A stretch of DNA of 12,073 nt from Candidatus Eiseniibacteriota bacterium (GCA_031364845.1 JANLWX010000114.1:1-12073), one strand, 5' to 3'; positions 1 to 7,061 are shown, counted from the stretch's first letter. Numbers and translations: made by a program. The notes: a model not told the origin generated them from the sequence alone.

Positions 1-16
1 AGTCGCGCGCAGCGGG

Positions 17-44
17 CGGCGCGGAGCGGTTGCCGCTCGCGCCG
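17..44 (-). terminator. GC-rich stem-loop downstream of the zinc-ribbon gene (possible terminator or 3' stabiliser; no U-tract)
   Basis: Plus strand CGGCGCGGAGCGG-TTG-CCGCTCGCGCCG forms a 12-bp stem with one bulged base, starting 16 nt after the TAG at 63-61. No poly-U follows on the minus strand. Confidence 0.3.
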
Positions 45-60
45 GCATTGCAGAAGCCTG

Positions 61-699
61 CTACCCGCGGTTCACCCATTGCGGCAGATCGATGCCCAGC
101 CGCGCCATCAAAGCGGCTCGGAACACGGTTGGATCGCTCTCGGGTCCGAGCCGCGCACGGCACTGCGACCACGCTTCGGTCAGCGCCGGACCGAACTCCG
201 CGAACAGCACTCCTCGATCGTAGGCGCCGAGCAATTCCTCGGCGCGCGCGCTGACCAGCTCCTCGACCGCGAGACGCGCCACGAGATCCGGCGTGACATC
301 CGAGGGGTCGAGCTCGGCAACCGCATTTGCCGGAAGCGGCGCGGGCACGGCGTCCTCGAGCCACGTGTCGAGATCGCTGAGTGACCAGGTGTCCACCGTC
401 GCGACGGTCTCATCGTCCGGCGTCACGAAGGCAGCGGGTCGTGGATTCACGCGTTCATCCGGTGGCGGGGCGGCGTGATGAAACAGTGGCTCATGTTCGC
501 GCGCGCCGGTCGCATCACCTGAATGCGGCCTCCCCGATCCCACCGCGGCGCGCGCGAGGCGCCATTCGAACGAGCCTTCGCAGCGCGCGCAGTGCACCAG
601 CGCTCCGCCCGGCCCGATCCGCGCGCGCGGCAGCGCCCACGGTGTCGCACAGTGCGGGCATGCGACTTCGATCGTCGTCGTCAGTCCTGTCGCGGCCAC
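61..699 (-). CDS. MJ0042-family zinc-ribbon domain protein (about 212 aa) with acidic/Pro-rich linker and helical C-terminal domain
   Basis: N-terminal CPHC-x19-CARC (IEVACPHCATPWALPRARIGPGGALVHCARCEGSFEW) fits the MJ0042 finger-like pattern. Start reassigned from the ORF-track 744 to GTG at 699, which has AAGGAG (710-705) 5 nt upstream and lies just after the recG stop (715-713). Confidence 0.8.
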   Translation of the reverse strand: MAATGLTTTIEVACPHCATPWALPRARIGPGGALVHCARCEGSFEWRLARAAVGSGRPHSGDATGAREHEPLFHHAAPPPDERVNPRPAAFVTPDDETVATVDTWSLSDLDTWLEDAVPAPLPANAVAELDPSDVTPDLVARLAVEELVSARAEELLGAYDRGVLFAEFGPALTEAWSQCRARLGPESDPTVFRAALMARLGIDLPQWVNRG

Positions 700-712
700 G
701 CAGACTCCTTCG

Positions 713-2845
713 TCATCCTCCGAGTGCCAGTTCGAGCGCCTCACGATAGTCGCGCAACAGGCGTTCCTTCAAGACCGCGTGCTCGTCGCGGCCGAGCCAT
801 GCATCGGCGGCGACGATGTCGCGCGCCGCATCGCGCGCCTCATCGAGCAGCGCGGCATCGCGCGCGAGGTCCGCGATCTTGAGCCGCGGCAATCCGCTCT
901 GGCGCACGCCCCACAGTTCACCCGGACCGCGCAGCGCGAGATCGGCCTCGGCGATCTCGAATCCGTCCTCGGTGCGCGTCAGCACCTCGAGCCGCTCGCG
1001 AGCTTCGGGCGTGGCGCCGGGTCCCGGGATCAGCACGCACACCGATCGATGGGCACCGCGCCCCACGCGCCCTCGGAGCTGGTGCAGCTGCGTGAGGCCG
1101 AAGCGCTCGGCGTTCTCGATCATCATCACCGTCGCGTTCGGCACGTCGATGCCGACTTCCACGACGGTCGTGGCCACCAGCACGTGCACCTCGCCCGCTG
1201 CGAACTCCTCCATCACGCGCTGCTTGTCGGCGGGCTTGAGCCGTCCATGCAGCAGTCCGATCCGGAACGCGCGCAGCAGCGGATGCTCCGAGAGCTGGCG
1301 AAACTCGGCCTCGGCCGCGCGATGGCCGCGGATCGACGTGCTGAGGGCGGCTTGGCCCTCGCCTTCCTCGATCAGCGGGACGACGACGAACGCCTGGCGG
1401 CCCGCGGCGAGTTCACGCGCCATGAACTCCACGATCTGCGGAAACTTCTCCTCGGGCGCGATGCGCGTCACCATGCGGCCGCGGCCGGCCGGCCGCGCGC
1501 GCAACCGGCTCACGTCGAGATCTCCGTAGCTCGCGAGCATCAGCGTGCGCGGAATCGGCGTGGCGGTCAGCACCAGCACGTCGGGCAGCACGGTCTTCTT
1601 CGCCAGCAGCGCGCGCTGACGCACGCCGAAGCGGTGCTGCTCATCGACGATCGCGAGCGCGAGCTGCGGGATCTTCACCTTCTCCTCGAGCAGCGCGTGG
1701 GTGCCGACCGCGAGCATCGGCGTTCCCGATTCGAGCGCGGCCGCCAGGCGGCGGCGCTCGTCGGCTGGCGTCGAACCGGTCAGCACCGCGACCGGCACGT
1801 CGACGGTGGCCGCAAGTGCCGTGAGCGTGGCCGCGTGCTGGCGCGCGAGAATCTCGGTCGGCGCCATGAAGGCGACCTGATGCCCGGCTTCGATCACGTG
1901 CAGCGCCGCGAGCCAGGCGACCACCGTCTTGCCGCTGCCGACGTCGCCGAGCAGCAACCGCTGCATCGGCCGCGGCCGCGCGAGGTCGGCGGCGATCTCC
2001 TTGCCCGCCTCGACCTGATCCGGCGTGAGCGCGAACGGCAGCGCCGCCTCGGCGCGCCGCGCGAGCTCACCCGGCCCCGCGGTCGAGAGTCCGCGGCCGG
2101 CTTCGTTCAGCATGCGCCGCCGCAGCTCGAGCACGGTCTGCAGCAGGAACAACTCCTCGAACGCGAGCCGGCGGCGCGCTTCGGCGAGTGCCGCGTCGCT
2201 CTCGGGAAAGTGGATCGCGCGCAGCGCGGCATCCAGCGGCACGAGCCCGCGTGCGGCCGCGACCGTGTCCGGCACCGCGTCCTCCATCGCGCCCGCGCAC
2301 TCGAGTGCGGCGCGCACCACGGTGCGCAGTCCGCGCGCGGTGAGTCCGCGCGTGAGCGCGTGCACCGGCACCAGCCGGCCCGCGTGCATGAGCTGTTCGA
2401 GATCGTCCTCGACGACGTCGAACATCGGATTCTGCATCTGCCGGTCGAGCCCCTCGACCACGCCGCTCACGACCACGCGCACGCCGGGCTTCAAGGTCCG
2501 CGCCAGGAACGACTGCCCGAAGAAGTAGCAGCCCAGCACCCCGGTCCCGTCGGTGACCGTGGCCGAGAAGTCGGCGCGCCCGCCGCGGGTCCGCAGTGGA
2601 TTCGAGCGCTGGATGGCGCCAGAAACGGTGACCAGGCGGCCCGGTCGCAAGTCCTTGATGCGCACGAAGGTCCGCGCGTCGAGGTAGGTGCGCGGGTAGT
2701 GGCGCAGCAGATCCTCGAGCGTGTAGATGCCGAGCCGCTCGAACGCCTGGGCGCGCTGCGGCCCCACGCCCGGCACGAACTGGATCCGGGCGTCGGGGGC
2801 GAGCGGCGGGGCCTTGCGGGTGGACGGTGCCACGGGTGCGGTCAA
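713..2845 (-). CDS. recG: ATP-dependent DNA helicase RecG
   Basis: N-terminal GVGP..A..F.RLGI.T..DLL.HYPR.Y, wedge/OB region, RRRLAFEELF, Walker A GDVGSGKT, MAPTEILARQH, DEQHRFG, TATPIPRTL, QLHQLRGRVGRG, and DL.LRGPGE..G.RQSG. TTG start preceded by GAGGA; GTG at 2833 is an alternative start. Confidence 0.97.
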   Translation of the reverse strand: MTAPVAPSTRKAPPLAPDARIQFVPGVGPQRAQAFERLGIYTLEDLLRHYPRTYLDARTFVRIKDLRPGRLVTVSGAIQRSNPLRTRGGRADFSATVTDGTGVLGCYFFGQSFLARTLKPGVRVVVSGVVEGLDRQMQNPMFDVVEDDLEQLMHAGRLVPVHALTRGLTARGLRTVVRAALECAGAMEDAVPDTVAAARGLVPLDAALRAIHFPESDAALAEARRRLAFEELFLLQTVLELRRRMLNEAGRGLSTAGPGELARRAEAALPFALTPDQVEAGKEIAADLARPRPMQRLLLGDVGSGKTVVAWLAALHVIEAGHQVAFMAPTEILARQHAATLTALAATVDVPVAVLTGSTPADERRRLAAALESGTPMLAVGTHALLEEKVKIPQLALAIVDEQHRFGVRQRALLAKKTVLPDVLVLTATPIPRTLMLASYGDLDVSRLRARPAGRGRMVTRIAPEEKFPQIVEFMARELAAGRQAFVVVPLIEEGEGQAALSTSIRGHRAAEAEFRQLSEHPLLRAFRIGLLHGRLKPADKQRVMEEFAAGEVHVLVATTVVEVGIDVPNATVMMIENAERFGLTQLHQLRGRVGRGAHRSVCVLIPGPGATPEARERLEVLTRTEDGFEIAEADLALRGPGELWGVRQSGLPRLKIADLARDAALLDEARDAARDIVAADAWLGRDEHAVLKERLLRDYREALELALGG

Positions 2846-2906
2846 GGGGAGTCCTCGGCGGAATGGCGGAAAATCGAGGCCATCGTAACCGATCCGGGCG
2901 CCGGCG

Positions 2907-2936
2907 TTGCATCCGGCCCCTGCTCCCTGCTACTGT
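2907..2936 (+). promoter_or_regulatory. Candidate sigma70-type promoter for rpmB (-35 TTGCAT, extended -10 TGcTACTGT)
   Basis: TTGCAT at 2907-2912, 18-nt spacer containing TG at 2928-2929, TACTGT at 2931-2936. Lies in the divergent recG/rpmB spacer about 105 nt before the rpmB start. Confidence 0.45.
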
Positions 2937-3029
2937 ACCGGGCCATTTTCGGATCCGGATTCTCCGCGTCGCGGGGCCGGTCCATCCCAGAGAACGCCAG
3001 GTGCCGGCCTCATGCCGGCCGTTATTTCC

Positions 3030-3037
3030 GAGGAGGT
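3030..3037 (+). promoter_or_regulatory. Shine-Dalgarno site of rpmB
   Basis: GAGGAGGT ending 4 nt before GTG at 3042. Confidence 0.85.
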
Positions 3038-3041
3038 TCAC

Positions 3042-3263
3042 GTGGCTCAGCGCTGCGAAGTCTGCAAGAGGGGCAAGATGTTCGGCAACAGCGTGAGTCA
3101 CGCGAACAACATCACCAAGCGTGTGTGGAACCCGAACCTCCAGCGCGTGCGCGCGAAGGTCGAGGGTCAGGTGAAGTCGATCTACGTCTGCACCCGCTGC
3201 ATCCGCGGCAACAAGGTGGAGAAGGCCGCACGCGGACAGGGGCGACTCACCCCCGCGAGCTGA
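3042..3263 (+). CDS. rpmB: 50S ribosomal protein L28 (bL28), 73 aa, four-Cys zinc-binding type
   Basis: MAQRCEVCKRGKMFGNSVSHANNITKRVWNPNLQRVRAKVEGQVKSIYVCTRCIRGNKVEKA carries the L28 GN.VSHA...TKR.W.PNLQ signature and two CxxC pairs. A strong SD fixes the GTG start at 3042, not the ORF-track start at 2907. Confidence 0.97.
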   Translation: MAQRCEVCKRGKMFGNSVSHANNITKRVWNPNLQRVRAKVEGQVKSIYVCTRCIRGNKVEKAARGQGRLTPAS

Positions 3264-3266
3264 ACC

Positions 3267-4454
3267 TCACACTCCGGCTTCGACGGCGGCGCGCTCTGCG
3301 AGCGCGCCGTTCGTGTTTCTGCGGCGGCGCGCGCTGAGACCGACGTGCAATGCCTCGGCGAGATCGGGATAGTCCTGATGCAGTGCGGCGGCGCGGCGCA
3401 ACTGCCGCATGGCCGCATCGTCCGGATCCTCCGCCAGCGCCCGGTAGAATCCGCCGGGATACGCGGGCCGCTCGCGATGCCGCAGGCTGACCTGACGCGC
3501 GGCCAGGGCGGACCCCGAAGAGTCTCCTGCGACGAAACGGGCCACGGTCATCGCCTGCCACGCGGCGGCGTAGCGCCGGTTGAGATCGAGCGCGCGCGCG
3601 AACGAGGCGATCGCCTCGGGAATCCCGCGACCGCACAGGTGCGCGAGCCCGGTCCACAGCCACAGGTCGGGATAGCGTGCGAGGTTCTTCGCCGCCCGCG
3701 CGAAACACTCGAGCGCGCCCGGCACGTCACGGCGTTCGAGACATGCCCGGCCCGGCAGCAGCGCACCCGTGGCGTCGTCGGGTGCGATGCTGCGCGCGAC
3801 GGCGAGATGGAGCTCGGCTTCCTCCACCCAGCCTTCGTCGAGCAGCAGTTCGGCGAGCACCGCACGGCGTGACGGGTCCGCGGGCCGTGACGAAACGGCG
3901 CGCCGCATGCGCGCGACCGCATCGATCGGATCGGGACATGCGTCGCGCGGATCGAGGCCCGCGCTCATGCGTCCGGTGACGATTCCGCACGGATGCTCGG
4001 CCGCCATCTCGGCCGCGTGCGTCATCGCCACTTCGAAACCCGCGCCGTCGTCGAGTTGCGCGCGGCACGAAGCATCGAGCACGCGGGTCGCGACCCCGCG
4101 CCGTTGCAGCTCGTCGAGCCGGTCGAGATCGTCGAGCGCATCCTCGATGCGCCCCGAGCGTTCGGCAAGACGCGCGCGCATCCACAGCAATTCGGGACGA
4201 TCCGGATCGAGCGCGAGCGCTCGATCGACGGTCCGCGCGGCGAGCGGAAACCGCTGTGCGCACAGGTGCTGATACGCGTGATCGGCGCGCGCCACCAGCT
4301 CACGCCGCCGGGCACGCTCGCGCACGGCCTCGGTCGCGGGCGCTGCTGCTGCGCGCTCGAAGCAATCGGCCGCCGCCTCGAACTCGGCGAGCCCCAGCAG
4401 CAGCTCGCCGCGTTCCAGCAGTGACCGCGCGGAATCCTTTCCGAATGCGGACAT
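3267..4454 (-). CDS. Tetratricopeptide repeat protein, 395 aa, function unknown
   Basis: Several TPR-like units, e.g. LLERGELLLGLAEFEAAADCFERA, RALALDPDRPELLWMRARLAERSGRIEDAL, YPDLWLWTGLAHL..GIPEAIASFARALDLNRRYAAAW. The ORF fills the whole ftsZ-rpmB gap. An in-frame TAG 36 nt upstream bounds the start. No clear SD, signal peptide or TM segment. Confidence 0.75.
   Translation of the reverse strand: MSAFGKDSARSLLERGELLLGLAEFEAAADCFERAAAAPATEAVRERARRRELVARADHAYQHLCAQRFPLAARTVDRALALDPDRPELLWMRARLAERSGRIEDALDDLDRLDELQRRGVATRVLDASCRAQLDDGAGFEVAMTHAAEMAAEHPCGIVTGRMSAGLDPRDACPDPIDAVARMRRAVSSRPADPSRRAVLAELLLDEGWVEEAELHLAVARSIAPDDATGALLPGRACLERRDVPGALECFARAAKNLARYPDLWLWTGLAHLCGRGIPEAIASFARALDLNRRYAAAWQAMTVARFVAGDSSGSALAARQVSLRHRERPAYPGGFYRALAEDPDDAAMRQLRRAAALHQDYPDLAEALHVGLSARRRRNTNGALAERAAVEAGV
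3285..3320 (+). terminator. Intrinsic terminator of rpmB
   Basis: Perfect 10-bp stem CGGCGCGCTC-TGC-GAGCGCGCCG (3287-3309), extendable by two G-U pairs, followed by TTCGTGTTTCT (3310-3320). The stem begins 23 nt after the rpmB stop. Confidence 0.7.
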
Positions 4455-4476
4455 GGACGTGCCGGACAGCGAAGCT

Positions 4477-4570
4477 TCGCGCGATCCCTAAGCCGGTATC
4501 GCGCGACGGGCGGCTTCGTGGAGCGAGCAACGAAGCCGTCCGGGAACCGCCCCTGGAGGAGCGGCTCCCG
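4477..4570 (-). other. Three tandem stem-loops in the ftsZ-TPR intergenic spacer
   Basis: Stems at 4541-4570 (13 bp including two G-U pairs on the minus strand), 4511-4538 (9 bp perfect) and 4477-4506 (9 bp perfect). Confidence 0.65.
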
Positions 4571-4579
4571 CTTCGGAGG

Positions 4580-5728
4580 TCAGTCCATCTGCTTCCTGAG
4601 GAACGCGGGAACTTCGAGCGATCCGCTCTGCTGCTCGCCGCGCACCCAGTGGCTGGCCGGGCTCTTCGGATTCCGGTCCCACGCCGGACGCTTGTCCATC
4701 TCGTCCCAGCTCGGGCCGGTGCTCTCGCGCGGCGCCTGCGCCTTCTCGACAATCCGCATGCGCGGCTCACGCTGGCCGAAGCCGGTGGCGACGACCGTGA
4801 TCTGGATCTCGCCATCCATGTTCGGATCGATGACCGCGCCGAAGATCACGTTCGCTTCCTCGCCCGCCGCCCCGACCACGACGCTCGCGGCTTCGTTGAC
4901 CTCGTGCAGCGTGAGATCGCGGCCGCCGGTGATGTTGACCAGCACGCCCTCGGCGCCCGAGATCGAGACGTCCTCGAGCAGCGGGCTCGACACGGCCATC
5001 TGTGCCGCTTCCACGGCGCGATTGGGTCCGGTTGCGCGGCCGGTTCCCATGAGCGCGTTGCCGCGATTCGACATCACGGCTTTCACGTCGGCGAAGTCGA
5101 GATTGACGAGCCCCGGAACGGTGACGAGATCCGAGATACCCTTGGTCGCCTTGAGCAGCACTTCGTCGCACACGCCGAACGCATCGGTGAGCGACGTTCC
5201 CTTGTCGACGACCGCGAGCAGGCGCTCGTTCGGGATCACGATCAGCGTGTCGACTTCGGCGCGCAGCTCCGCCAATCCCTCGTCGGCCTGACGCAAGCGG
5301 CGACGGCCTTCGAACGGAAACGGCTTCGTCACGACCGCGACGGTGAGCGCGCCCGAGCGCTTCGCGACGCGCGCGACCACGGGTGCCGCACCGGTGCCGG
5401 TGCCGCCGCCCATGCCGGCGGTGATGAACACCATATCGCTGTCCGCGAGCGCGTCGGCGATGATCTGCTCATCTTCTTCAGCCGACCGCCGGCCCTGCGA
5501 GGGGTCGCCGCCCGAGCCGAGGCCGCGCGTCGTGGTGATGCCGATCTGCACGCGCGTGGGCGCGAGCGACTGATTCAGCGCCTGGATGTCCGTGTTCGCG
5601 ACGATGAAATCCACGCCGCGCAGTCCGGCACCGATCATGCGGTTGATGGCGTTGCCGCCTGCTCCTCCGCAGCCGATGACCTTCAGCTTCGCCGATACGG
5701 TGCTGTCGATTTCCAATTCGAAAGCCAT
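4580..5728 (-). CDS. ftsZ: Cell division protein FtsZ (382 aa)
   Basis: KVIGCGGAGGNA, tubulin signature AGMGGGTGTGAAP, PFPFEG, T7 loop NLDFADV, C-terminal peptide LEVPAFLRKQMD. ATG at 5728 has GGGAG 7 nt upstream and is preferred over 5749. Confidence 0.99.
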   Translation of the reverse strand: MAFELEIDSTVSAKLKVIGCGGAGGNAINRMIGAGLRGVDFIVANTDIQALNQSLAPTRVQIGITTTRGLGSGGDPSQGRRSAEEDEQIIADALADSDMVFITAGMGGGTGTGAAPVVARVAKRSGALTVAVVTKPFPFEGRRRLRQADEGLAELRAEVDTLIVIPNERLLAVVDKGTSLTDAFGVCDEVLLKATKGISDLVTVPGLVNLDFADVKAVMSNRGNALMGTGRATGPNRAVEAAQMAVSSPLLEDVSISGAEGVLVNITGGRDLTLHEVNEAASVVVGAAGEEANVIFGAVIDPNMDGEIQITVVATGFGQREPRMRIVEKAQAPRESTGPSWDEMDKRPAWDRNPKSPASHWVRGEQQSGSLEVPAFLRKQMD

Positions 5729-5750
5729 GGCACGACTCCCTGTGCTCATC

Positions 5751-5797
5751 CCGGAATTCCGGTCACCGGACGCCCCGGCGACGCGGACTTCCGCGTC
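5751..5797 (-). promoter_or_regulatory. Stem-loop and palindrome cluster in the ftsA-ftsZ spacer
   Basis: GACGCGG-ACTT-CCGCGTC (5780-5797), TCCGGT-C-ACCGGA (5758-5770) and the perfect palindrome CCGGAATTCCGG (5751-5762). Confidence 0.4.
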
Positions 5798-5801
5798 CCC
5801 T

Positions 5802-7043
5802 TTAGTGGTACAGCAAATTCATGAACCATTGACGCAGATCGGGCCGCTTCTTCCCGGACACCGTGACGCGTTCCTTGCCGCTCGCTTCCCTCGTCTCCTG
5901 CAGTGCGGCGTGCAGCACGAGGCCGACGCCGGTCGCAAACCGCGGATCCTGAACGTTCGCCGCGAGACCACCGAGCCCGCTCGGCACCCCGAGCCGCACC
6001 GGCATCTCGAACACCTGTTCCGCCAGCTCCGAGACCCCGGCCATGAGCGACGTGCCGCCGGTGAGCACGACTCCGCCGCCGAGCAGATTGGCGAAGTGGT
6101 TCTTCTTCACTTCCTTGTTCGCGATCGCGAAGATCTCCTCCATGCGCGGCTCGATCATCGAAGCCAGCACATGCCGCGAGATCTCGCGGTCGGCGCGGCC
6201 GCCGACTCCCGACACCGCGATGCGGTCCTCGGCCGGCACCAGCGAGGCGAGCGCGCAGCCGTGCTGGATCTTGATCTGCTCCGCCTTGTCGATCGGCGTG
6301 CGCAGTCCGATGGCGATGTCGTTCGTGACGTTGGCGCCGCCGAACGGAATGATCGCCGTGTGGCGGATCGAACCCTCGAAGAACACCGCGACGTCGGTGG
6401 TGCCGCCGCCGATGTCGAGCAGCACCACGCCGAGATCGCGCTCGTCCGCGGCGAGCACCGCATGGCTCGAAGCGAGCGGCTCGAGCACGAGGTCGTAGAC
6501 CTTGAGCCCGGCCCGCTGGATCGAGCGGCAGATGTTCTTCGCCGACGTCACCGCGCCCGTGATGATGTGCACTTCGGCCTCGAGCCGCACGCCGCTCATC
6601 CCGACCGGATCCTTGATGCCGTTCTGGTCGTCGACGATGAATTCCTGCGGGATCACGTGGATGATTTCACGGTCCATCGGGATCGCGACCGCCTTCGCCG
6701 CCTCGACCACGCGGTCGACGTCGGCGGGACCGATCTCGTTGTCCTTGCGCGAGACTGCGATCACGCCGCGGCTGTTGATGCTGCGGATGTGATCGCCGGC
6801 GATGCCGGCATAGACGCCCTTGACCGGCATTCCCGCCATGCGCTGGGCCTCGTCGACCGCGCGCTGGATGCTGCCGACCGTCTTCTCGAGATCCACGACC
6901 ACGCCGCGGCGCAGGCCTTCACTCGGCGCGTTGCCGATTCCGACCACACGCAGTTCGCCGGAGTTGCTCATGTCCGCGATGATGCACGAGATCTTCGTCG
7001 TGCCGATGTCGAGTCCTGTGAATGTCCGGGAACTCTGCCCCAT
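5802..7043 (-). CDS. ftsA: Cell division protein FtsA
   Basis: GLDIGTTKI, GLRRGVVVD, P.GMSGVRLEAEVHIITG, LDIGGGTTD, GGGVVLTGG, and an amphipathic C-terminal tail LRQWFMNLL. SD AAGGGAG at 7057-7051. Confidence 0.99.
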   Translation of the reverse strand: MGQSSRTFTGLDIGTTKISCIIADMSNSGELRVVGIGNAPSEGLRRGVVVDLEKTVGSIQRAVDEAQRMAGMPVKGVYAGIAGDHIRSINSRGVIAVSRKDNEIGPADVDRVVEAAKAVAIPMDREIIHVIPQEFIVDDQNGIKDPVGMSGVRLEAEVHIITGAVTSAKNICRSIQRAGLKVYDLVLEPLASSHAVLAADERDLGVVLLDIGGGTTDVAVFFEGSIRHTAIIPFGGANVTNDIAIGLRTPIDKAEQIKIQHGCALASLVPAEDRIAVSGVGGRADREISRHVLASMIEPRMEEIFAIANKEVKKNHFANLLGGGVVLTGGTSLMAGVSELAEQVFEMPVRLGVPSGLGGLAANVQDPRFATGVGLVLHAALQETREASGKERVTVSGKKRPDLRQWFMNLLYH

Positions 7044-7061
7044 GGTCCAACTCCCTTCGGA

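Noticed and set aside
700..744. Longer start for the zinc-ribbon gene overlapping the recG 3' end
   Set aside because: GTG 699 has a well-spaced AAGGAG and avoids a 32-nt overlap with recG.
1310..1965. RecG deviations: LLLGDVGSGKT instead of the usual LLQGDVGSGKT, and a short insert (EGEGQAALSTSIRGHR)
   Set aside because: Catalytic motifs are intact and the insert lies in a variable loop. Nothing suggests an intein, a frameshift or changed function.
2907..3041. 45-aa N-terminal extension of L28, or a leader peptide
   Set aside because: The strong SD before GTG 3042 and the canonical L28 N-terminus argue against it. The upstream TTG coincides with a candidate -35 box.
779..3337. 852-aa plus-strand ORF antisense to recG and running across rpmB in another frame
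   Set aside because: Arg/His/Ala-rich with no recognisable motifs. It is the expected stop-free shadow frame of a GC-biased gene and conflicts with two well-supported genes.
4455..4579. ftsZ-TPR spacer as a tRNA, CRISPR remnant or IS end
   Set aside because: No T-loop or D-loop consensus or closing acceptor stem, no repeat-spacer periodicity, no target-site duplication, and no nearby transposase. Kept only as a generic structured element.
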